From assembly GCA_025603075.1 (NCBI GenBank), contig MU626259.1:186001-250000 (forward strand): a stretch of 64,000 bases of DNA, read 5' to 3'. Positions 48,090-58,437 of the stretch are shown in pieces (position 1 is the first letter of the stretch; every line of letters starts with the position of its first letter). The notes under the pieces were generated by a model. It was not told the origin of the DNA and did no database searches. It saw only the letters and a program-made list of their open reading frames with translations. Made by a program: the position numbers and the translations under genes. The DNA comes from Neoconidiobolus thromboides FSU 785 (Eukaryota; Fungi; Entomophthoromycota).

Positions 48090-49895
48090 ATAACATCTTT
48101 AATTAAATAAGCTGATTGATTATTTAAAAAAATAAAATAAAAAATTTAATCTTATCCTCACGGTTCTTTTAACTACCACTTCTATAATTTTTTAATTTTT
48201 TGTGCAATGTAAATTAAAAAATAATAAACATAAACAAAAAACATTTAGTATTATTTTACTGCTTATACATTCTGAACTACTATTATGTTTAGCTAGGTTA
48301 ATTTAAAAGCTTGGTTCAATTTTTATCCAGTTTAGATTTTTAGTAAGTTGCAAATTAAGCACAAAGTGCTATAAAACTAGTTGCTTTTTTGTCTAGTTTT
48401 AAAATTACTGCATGGTAATATTTTTTCATTTGGTATTTAAAAAGGTTCAAAAATTATACTATACAAAAAAAGGACAAAAAAAGTAGATTGGTAAATTTTA
48501 TTGTTAGTTTTAATCAAGTTTTCAAACCTACTTAACTATTAAATCAATTTATTTTTAGTTTTTATTAATAGCTGCTGCTAAATATATATTTTACACGGAT
48601 ATTATCATACTACTGCTGTAACCCGATTGCGACCTAGCTAACTGTTCATTTAACAAGGATATTTGTTAAAATCCATCTAAAAGCTAAAATCCACATTTAA
48701 AAAAACCAAACAAGCAATCGATTAGCTCTAAAAATCCCCACAAATTAAGTCACAGTAGAGTTACAATAGAAATATTCTTAAATCCAAAATAAAAGCTAGG
48801 TCTAAATCTGATTGGCTAGAATAGTCAGAACATTCTTTTTATTATTTTTAATAGTAATGTTTAATATACAATTGATATCTAATATTGTACTTACTACTCA
48901 TAGCTTAAACTAAAACTATTGTTTTCTAGTGCAAATATTCAATACATTGTTGTTTGCATAATCAATTATTATGTTACTATATTATATTTAATACAAAATA
49001 GCTGTAATAAATTGGAATAATTGATTTTCCACATTTAAAGTAAATGTTTTATTAAATCAATTTTTTTAATTCTTTTCGTTATTATAATATTCCTCAAGCA
49101 ATCATTTTTAAAATATTATTCTATTGTTTATAATAATTTTATAATACTACATCATATGAAATCAGTACTACAAAATAACTTTTTCAGTTTGTAGCCCTTA
49201 ATTAAATTAAAATTAAAGACTTCAAAGCTTACTTGATTGGTTATTACTCAAATTTAAATTGCCACAAAACCCTCCAATTTCAAGTTATTTTTATCTTAAA
49301 CTGGGGCTTTAAAGTCTTCATATGTACATACCTCAACACTTATACTTGGTAAGAGTCAAATGAACTACTCAATAAGTTGACAGAGATTTGTGATAATAAA
49401 TCTACTTGATTGGATGCTACTTAATGAAATACTAGGTTAGAAGGAATACATTTTCTAATTCCAAAAAAGTTCTATTTAATCTTTTAAGCCAATAAAAGAG
49501 GCTCAAATCAATAGAGAGTATCGAATAACACTTTTAGATGGAAGAATTATCTACCAATCAAAGGATCTAAATCATTTCAAGGCCAGAAATGGAAGAACTT
49601 GGATGGTTTCAATTAATTATGATCTGGTTGAATTAACCCAAAAGAAAATGAAAATATTTTCTCTACTATTTTAATTAATATTTTCAAAAAAAAAGTTATA
49701 ACTACTAAAGCTACCAACTTAAACAAGTTTCATCTAGCGAACAACTTAGTATACGATTAAAAGAACTCGAACGTTCTATTACCAATTAACTTATCAGCTT
49801 ATGGTGCATAGCACCCTTAATTTACGATCAACCTAATCTTATAACCCCTCAATATATTCAACTAATTTACCAACTTATTATTACTTAATTATTTT

Positions 49896-51294
49896 ATGGA
49901 AAGCAACAATAAACTACTGGCTGGTAAAAAGATATCCAAGAATTCATTCAACGTTTTCAAGTTCATCTCCATACTATTAATATTACCTTTCTTTTTTGGT
50001 AAGTAAATAGTAGTTGAGTGAGGAATATGGGGATACTTTTATATAAGCAAAAAGAGTTATGATTATAGATCATTATCTTATCTTCCTATTTCCGAACCAT
50101 TGTATTTGCAAAGCACTCAGAACAAATAATAACTTTTTGTCCTTTAGGTAATGTCTCGGCAATATCAAAATCACAAAGCGATTGTAGACCCGGATACTTA
50201 TTCTGTGACTACTATGGTTGTATAGAATCACCTTTCTGTCCAGAAGGTAATTTTTAAGCCCAAGATTTGTACAAACTTATTCTAAATGGATTTTATTTAG
50301 CATGCGAGAATTTGAAAACTGAGTTTTTGTGCGGAAACACAAGAGGTGAAAACAAATGCTCTTGGGATGGAAAGGGATGTAGTAGAGGTATTTCAAGAAT
50401 ATAAAAGTTAGACAAGGAATTAACCTAGTTTATTAGATGTAAAATGTAGCACTGATGCACTTACTTGCGCATCGACAGATTCAAATTGTAGATATTGTGG
50501 TGCATTTAAATGCTTGCCTAAATCTTATGCAGAATGTCCTCAAAGTAATAGACTATTTCGCTTTCAGTTATAATCATTCTAACTCATTTAAAGGCTGCGA
50601 ACTTTACACTGATGAAAATAAATGTAAAGGAGCTCCTAACGTTGGACCACTGTCGTGTGCTTGGTCAGACGGAAGATGTTCATGTAAGCAACTATCGATA
50701 TGTATAATGATAGAAATCTAATATTGTTTAGTCAACGATAAAGAAAAATCATCGACAAGCATTCCCGACAAAGCTACTCCTACTCCTACTTCTAGCTCAA
50801 AAGAAACAGATAATTCAACTAAAACAAATGAATCTAAGTCTCAACCAAGCCCTACTTCCAAAGATGATGAAAAAGATTTAGATAAAGATAATGGAAAGGG
50901 CCCCAAAACAGACCCTGGTAAAAAATCAGATGCCAACTCAAATGATAAAAATGATCCTTCTAAAACAAGAAAACCAACCTCAACTCCTACTGAAACCGAC
51001 GACCCAAATTTTGGGAATACTTCGACTGGAGTTTCAAGATCTGGTGCTATAGGAATAGGTGTAGGTGTATCACTTGGGTTGATAGGGTTAGCAGGCATTT
51101 TAATGCTTATCTGGCATCGCCGTAAAGAGCGTATGAAGACTCAAGTAACAAATACCAACATGGGACGACACAATACAATGTATCGACCACAATCCTTTTT
51201 AAAAGCAGTTAAGTCAGTGGTTAATGATAATCAAAGACAATTTGATGCAGCAGAACCATTATCACCACTACCACCAGCGGTCAATAGGTCTTAA
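49896..51294 (+). CDS. Type I single-pass surface protein: signal peptide, four Cys-rich modules, S/T/D/K-rich stalk, TM helix, cytosolic tail; 6 exons
   Basis: Exons 49896-49998, 50148-50246, 50301-50387, 50437-50544, 50594-50683 and 50732-51294 splice in frame. Signal ..FISILLILPFFFGNVSA; TM GAIGIGVGVSLGLIGLAGILMLIW followed by HRRK. Confidence 0.8.
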
Positions 51295-51913
51295 ATTGCT
51301 TTTAATAAATTTACATCCTAACGTCTCCCCAGACTCGATATTTTTGATGATATTAGTTAGTCCAATTCTTTTATCAATCATCTACCCAGTCGCCAGTTTC
51401 TACTCATATGTAAATTTTCTTTTCTCAGGTTAAAGTTAGCTTAATTTTAATCCATTTTACCTCCCACCCCACCTTTACCAATAAGAAAAACCAAATGATT
51501 TTAAATAATATACTAATCTTAATCAAGTGCTAGTTTTTATTATTTTAAAATACTAATTAATGTTTTTTATGATCTACCGTTTTATAGTATTTATTAAATA
51601 CTAGAACTATTATCTTTTATTAGTGTTTTAGTTTAATTTTTTATTTAATGTTCCGTTTCTCGTTTTCATATTACGTTGAAAAAATATACTTTTTGCATAT
51701 TTTTTATGCCTAAATACTATGATATTTAAAAAAGCTAAATTTTCAGAGGTACTCTAATTTATTATGATTTTAGCCTTTAGTCTAACAAACTTTGGAGCAT
51801 TAAGAGTCAATTTATGGGATCTTTAACCGAGACAAAGAAATTCTTAAAAACTTAAAGATTGAACGTGGCTCAAAAACAATAAAATCATTTTATATATAAA
51901 TAGAACAGAAATA

Positions 51914-52952
51914 ATGTCTGATTGGGGTAATTACAGATGATAATATTATTTAAAACAAACTTGTAACAATTTTTATATAGACGCTAGTGATATTGAAGAA
52001 CCACAAATTGTAATTCCTAAGAAAAAGCAATGGGAAGATGAAGATGCAGATGATGGCATCAAGGTAAGTAAATGAATTTAAAATTAAAAGTGTAAACTAA
52101 TGTTTATATAAAAAATAAAGGATTCATGGGAAGAATCAGATGAAGAAAAACCTGTAGTCGAGGTAAAGAAGAAGGTACCTTTAGCACAAAAAATAGCCGA
52201 AAGAGAGGCTAGATTAAAGGAAGAAAAAGAAAGAAAAGCTTTAGAATCAGTAAGTTTTAATTTCAATTAATATTAGACTGTAAAATTAATATGTAAAGAA
52301 AAGTGAAAAGGACCTTACAGCTGAAGAATTAAAACAAAGAAGAGAGCAACAAAAGAGGTTACAAGAAGAAGCTGACTTACAAAATGCTGCTGACTTATTT
52401 GGTGATCTTAACTTGGAAGGTAATATATTAGTGTAAGGCATCCTTCTAATACTTAATTAATTGTAGATGCAAAAGCAGTGGAAAGTGCTGCTAGTCCATC
52501 AGCAATCCCAGTTGCATTAATGCAAGAAAAAACTCCTAAGACAAAAGCTGAGTTTGATAACTTTGCTAAAGAGATTAGTGAATATATATTAAAAAACAAA
52601 GTAATTTATATAATCAATGAATGTAATTGAGAAGTGCTAACTTTTTTGAAAGGCTAACCGAAACTATGGTGGTATGATTGAAACTTTAGTTAGAAACATT
52701 TGTGAACCCCTCAAAGACGTTGAGTTAAGAAAAATTTCTAGTGCACTCACAGCGTCTGCTAACGATAAGCAAAGAGCCGCTAAAGAGGCCCTCAAAGGAA
52801 AGAAGAAAGGTAGGATAAACAAAATTAGTTAGCAAAATGGTATTAAGTTATTTTTAGGTGCTAAAAAATCCAACGTTAAAGTAGAAGCTGATACAGTAGA
52901 GATGACTCGAGGACCAGCATATGATGATGATGATTTTGATGATTTTATGTAA
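51914..52952 (+). CDS. HCR1: Translation initiation factor eIF3 subunit J, multi-exon
   Basis: MSDWD, QWEDED..DSWEESDEE, EEADLQNAADLFG, PKTKAEF, LRKISSALTASANDKQRAAK, and acidic end DDDDFDDFM*. Confidence 0.92.
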
Positions 52953-53172
52953 ATTTTAAATGGTTTATTTACACAAAGCTTTATTTTCAACATTAAAGTC
53001 TGTTAAAAAGTAATTCATTTTTTAAAAATTAAACCTAAAAATTATGCATAGAAACTTTAAATTTACTTTAGTTATAAATAGGCATTTAACTTTATTAAAA
53101 TAAATAAATTTATGAAATTCAATCTTCTATTATAAATACATCTAGTTTACAAATAAACTCTCCTTTTTCTCT

Positions 53173-54684
53173 TCATTGATAGCCTAAGTAGGCATCTTCG
53201 GTTGCTGCTACAGCTAATATTTCTTTACTAGTATCTGGAACTCTTTGGTTATATAAACTTAAATGCGAATATTTTATAGGCGATGGTGGTAAATCAAAAG
53301 AACAAAAAGTAGATTCAAAAGATTCTACTGCTCTGAGAGTAAATACAACTCTAATATTCTTATAAAGGTATAATTTACCTTCAGAATCTGAAGCAAATTG
53401 TAAATGGATCGCATGTCTAAGAATATTAGGATGTCTGACTTTAGACACATATGTTTTATGTCTTAAAAAAGTTTTATGGCAGTTTGGAATATCTTTAAAA
53501 TCATAAGGTACTAAAAATAAATGAATTGCTGTTGAACAAGAATTTTTAAGAATAATTTGAAGCTTTCCTTCTTTAGGTATTTGTAATCTATCTTGAAAAT
53601 CTTCTCCAAGGTTAATATCTCCCACATAGGGACTTGAAGTTTCTTCATCATGTTGATAAAAAGTGGGTGAAAAAGGAAAGGTAACATGGGGTGTAATATT
53701 GTTTCTAAATGAAGCCCCAATTTTGGCTGTAAAGCCATTAATAGGTTTAGAAGGAAAAGATGACATACGTCCACTAAGTAAACTTTGTTCATAACTTCCT
53801 ACCAAGGCTTCACTACAGCTACTTTTTTTGGCTCTATTAATAAATGAAAATCCTGCTGGGGATGGTGTAAAAGAAGTAAAATCTGGGATTGGAGAGCTGG
53901 GTCTAAATTTACATTTATTTTCTTTTGCTGTTGGTATATTAATAGGTGGTGATACAGCTGGTTTAATAGTAAATTTTGAAGTATCGATTTTTTCATATTC
54001 ATTTTCATGGTTTACTTCTAGTTGAACCAAATGTCTCTTTTTTGAAATAAGGTTGGTAAATTCATGCTTAATATTTTTAAATGGCAAAATTATATCATTA
54101 TTAAATTTCAACTCATAATTTAGTTGATCTTTAATATAGTTGCTTTTAAATATTTTTTTGGATATAGGCATCCCTTTTATAAAATAGTAAACAGATTTAT
54201 AATATAACGCCGCTTCACTTGAACGAAAATGCTTTTGCTCTGATATCGATTTACTAATAAAAATTAGTTCAACGTTAAAAAATAAAAATCGTCTTTATAC
54301 CTATTACCAGTATTCAATTTATCGTAATTTAAATACCAAATTTCTACTGGTGTTTTATTTCCATTCGCATCTTTTAAATTTATTACTAAATAAACATTGA
54401 ACTTGGTTTTAATTCCATTTTGTCGCAAGACAGATTCAAACTCTTCCTAAAGTTAATCTTAATATATTATCATATAGCTTTAGCAATATGGCCTACTTTG
54501 ATACTATCTTGAGTTGGTACTTTTGATACTCGGTTTTTTAAAATCAATGAGATTAAACCGTGGTATAAATCAAGTATCTCTTCCGAGTAGTTGATCTTTT
54601 TTTTGGATTCTATTATTCATTTAGTATCTACAATTGCTAGTTGATCATTATTTTACCTCTATTAACTATATAACTAACAGGCAT
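53173..54684 (-). CDS. Atos/FAM214-like protein (DUF4210 plus C-terminal domain), with 4 small upstream exons
   Basis: LVGSYEQSLLSGRMSS, SPYVGDINL, QIILKN...IHLFLVPYDFKDIP...TFLRHK, LRHAIHLQF, LYLYKNIRVVF. Hand-spliced upstream exons from an ATG at 54684 (MPVSY..) join in frame; these exons are less certain than the last one. Confidence 0.8.
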
Positions 54685-56087
54685 AATAATAAAACAACAA
54701 TAAAACAACAATTAAACTGACAACTTAAAAAAGATAAAATTGATTGTTTTTAAATTGGTTAATTTATTTACTCATTTTAAGCTTAGACTGTGTTATGAGT
54801 CATAAAAATTAGACTTTAGCTATTTTCCCCTCTCTTCTTATGAATTAATTTCATTTATGGCTTAAATATTCTTTTATAAATTGATAGTCATTTATTTTTT
54901 ATTAAGGTATTCTTTGGTATTATTTAATACTTCTAATTTTATTTCAACACCCCAAAGTGTTGTATCTATTTCTGATTAGTATACAATCTCATTACCTATA
55001 AAAATATAATATGTATTTATTTTTAGTATCCAAATTATTAAAATACTAAAAATCTAGATTTAGTTAGTTTTAAATATTAAACAAAATAAAAAATCAATAT
55101 AAATAACCAAGATGAATTTACCCATTGTTTTTAAATACCTCAACCATCTCACTTATTCCTTTACAAATAAGATAAATCATAAGGAAATAAAAAAGCTATA
55201 TGATTTAACAAAAGCAGTAACCCCAACTTTATGCCATAATAACACCAGCGATGGGGACTTAAATAAGGTATATTATAAATATAGCCAAACATAATTTCAA
55301 GCAAAATAAATAGATTAAATTAGCCTAAGGCTCCATTTTTTCACAAGTTCAATTTTATGCAAAATTGTAACTAAGCGTAAAATAATAAAAATAGCCGTTT
55401 TTTTGATTTTAAAATGGGCTAAAGGTGACTGTTGTTTTAGTATTTAACTGAGAATTTTTCAATTTTACGCTACATAACGAACAAAACAAAAATCAAAATA
55501 ATTAAAGCTACTGCACAAATATAAATATAAATCAAAATCAAATTGTATTTCTTTTGGATCCTAGCTATATTTTTAAAGTCCCATATATAAAAAAGAATTG
55601 CTATAATATGAAGAAAGTAAAACCCTGCCATTTTTTATAAAAAGTAAATTGATTTTCAATAAGTTTTGACAAATCAATAGTTAAAATAAATTAAAAAATT
55701 AAAAAAGTATATTTTTAATAAAAGTTAATAATAACAAATCACTATTAATAATTTGATAACAAATTCACATTGCTATATTTAATATACTCATTTTAAGCTT
55801 TTTTTCAAATAGTATAAAATATTAATTAATTAGTAAATTAATTTTATCACAGAACAAATCACTTAATTTAATTATAAAATCTAATTGTTTTATAATCAAA
55901 TTAATTGTAATTTATGTAATTCATTTAGTTTAATCTAATTTAATTAAGGATTACACTATTAAAATTAAATTTATATTAAATTTATTAGAATCAACTTGTT
56001 ATTTCTTTATTTAATTGCAAAAAACATTTTTTTATATTTTAAAGTATATATTCAAAAGTTATAATATTACATTATAATAAATAATAT

Positions 56088-56213
56088 ATAGGAACATTTT
56101 TTTTATTTCATTACTTTCTCTATTTTTTAAGCGTTATTCGAGTGGAAAAATTGTTAGTAAAATTCTTAAACAAAAAAATACATGGATGTATTTTCTATAT
56201 ATAGCATCCCAAT
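56088..56213 (+). mobile_element. Family A, copy 14, fused to a ~30-bp ends-only remnant
   Basis: ataggaacatttt..aagcgttattcgagtggaaaaattgttagtaaaattcttaaac..aatacat, then ggatgtatttt..gcatcccaat. Confidence 0.75.
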
Positions 56214-56334
56214 ATAAAATATTTGAAAAAAAACTGTTATTAAAAAATTATGATAATAATAAAAATAGAAGAATATTAAATATATTAAACAGTTTGAGCT
56301 TTTAGCTATTACGTTATAAATAAATGTTGAGAAC

Positions 56335-56438
56335 ATGAGAGTGTTTTTTTAGCTTCATCACTTTTTTCCATCTTTTTAAGCATTATTTGAGTGGAAAGAT
56401 TGTTAGTAAAATTCTTAAACATAAAAATACATCCCCAT
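56335..56438 (+). mobile_element. Family A, copy 15
   Basis: atgagagtgttttt..aagcattatttgagtggaaagattgttagtaaaattcttaaac..aatacatccccat. Confidence 0.85.
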
Positions 56439-57315
56439 ATATTAAATTATAGATAAAAACCCATAATTGCACACTTTTTTATTTTCTAACAATTAAACAA
56501 TTCAATATAATTATTATAACTATTATTTTATTCTATCTTTATTAATAAAAGGTCCAAATCGGACATTGTCAATCATGAGCTGTCTATCCTTTCTACTTTT
56601 TTATTGTTTAAAATACTAAATAAAATAAAACGGTTAAATTTAATATTTTATTTTAACTTTAAGATAAATAGTTCTATCTCTTTTGTTGTATTTCTAGCAC
56701 TATTTTTTAGAATTTAATGAGTTTCTATAAACAACGGTTTATTATTGAACTCTTATATTGAACTAACTTTTGAAATTATTTTTTTATTAAATAAGGAGCT
56801 AGTATTATCAAATAGGAGTTGTAATAGCTATTAAAGATGAAACTTAAAGGTGTATAATAAAAAAAGAGTAATGAATGGCATAAATGATGGAATTGGAGCA
56901 TTCAAATGACTTAATTCTATTGAGTTATGTAATGGAAAACTTTAGCTATTTGATTTCAAATCAAGAAAATAGTTCCAAAATTTCAAACTAAACCATAAAA
57001 GAACATTTATTCTGAAATTGATTACTCTAATTCAAATTAGACATATAATACTAATATCATAATATCAAATATTAAGTAACATTGAGTTATCTTTTTAAAT
57101 TACTATTTTACTACAAATAGAACCAGCATAAACCTCCCAACTAAGATAAATTTTATAATAAACTTGGTGTGGAGTTTACTTAATTATTTTTCCTTTCTTC
57201 TCTCCTTAAAAAAGTACAATTAAACGATTAAATACAACTACTGTTTTAATTTTTTACTTTTTTAGCGATAATTTTTAGAATCAAATTTTTTACAAACCCA
57301 ATTTTCTAAAGTATG

Positions 57316-57366
57316 ACAGCTATTTAAAAGAAGTTTTAGCCTAATTTAACTTCTTAAATGAGCTGT
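57316..57366. repeat. 51-bp hairpin with CAGCT...AGCTG ends upstream of the SSH4-like gene
   Basis: acagctatttaaaagaagtt ... aacttcttaaatgagctgt; its ends resemble those of the 21644-21840 element. Confidence 0.45.
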
Positions 57367-57539
57367 TAATTAAATCTTTAGAGTTTTGACTAATATGACA
57401 TAAATTATTCATAAAATCAATCAAAAAATAAAATAGATTGACATCATTAGGTGATTAAACATGCTATAAAAAAACTATAAATTCAATTCAATATCCTTTT
57501 TTTATTTTTATTTTTTATTATTAAAAAATCTTCACTAAA

Positions 57540-58385
57540 ATGGAACTTTTTTTTATCATTTTATTAACTTTATTCATTCTATTCCTTCTGTTGTTAATAC
57601 TTTATTTCATTCACCTGTATAAATTTTCCAACAAATCCAATAACACTATATTACAAACATCAACGAATTTAGTTGATAATTCCACTACTCAACTTCAAGA
57701 GATAATAATGGTGGACTCTTATAATTTTAACCATAGCTTAAGAAAAGAATACAACTTTTATATCACTTCCAAGAACCAAACTTTCATCAGTCGAAGTCAA
57801 AATAATTTATATTTTTTTTATCAATGTTTAATTCAAGCAAATCATCCTATTGAACTTGATTCTAAACTCAATTATTTTGAAATTAAGATTATCAAAAATG
57901 ATAATGCAAATTTACCTTTCTATATTGGTTTGGGTACAAAAGCAGATTATTTAATCGATTTAAAAGGTAATTTGATTATTGTGTTTATTGTTTTAAGTAG
58001 AAGTTGATTTATTAATTAATTGTTTATAATAGCTTCTGCATTCTTACAAGTTAATAAACAACGTATCTTAATTAATGGAAAAAATGCATATAAACTGAAC
58101 ACATTATTACCAAATAATAGTGTAATTGGAGTACTATATCGTCCTTTACCCAAGAATGAAGTAACATTTACATTAAACGGAAACATTATATCTACAAGAA
58201 AATTATCAATTGAACAAAATCATTTATTATATCCAACTATATTAGGGTCTAGAGATATTGTATTAAATTTCAATTTTGGTTATAATCCTTTTTTATATGA
58301 TTATGCTAACCAATCCAATCTAGGCTGTATGCATTTTTTATCTGATCATGAACTACCACCTAATTATGTTGTAGAAGTACAATAA
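57540..58385 (+). CDS. SSH4: Membrane-anchored SPRY-domain protein, Ssh4/Ear1-like Rsp5 adaptor, 2 exons
   Basis: N-terminal TM helix; SPRY-like YFEIKII, IGLGT, VIGVLYRP, FTLNG, LYPTI, FNFGYNPFLY; C-terminal PPNY (PPxY motif). Confidence 0.65.
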
Positions 58386-58437
58386 TAATCATAATAATAT
58401 AAAAGATATATATATACTCTTATTTTGTTATAACTCA

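Noticed and set aside
55112-55294. Short 60-66-aa ORFs such as 55112-55294, 1869-2051, 15277-15459, 27148-27348 and 34236-34421
   Set aside because: No motifs or coding bias; several overlap repeats or the antisense strand of real genes.
546-56438. Family A as CRISPR-like or bacterial REP repeats
   Set aside because: Eukaryotic intron-rich context, irregular spacing and no cas genes.
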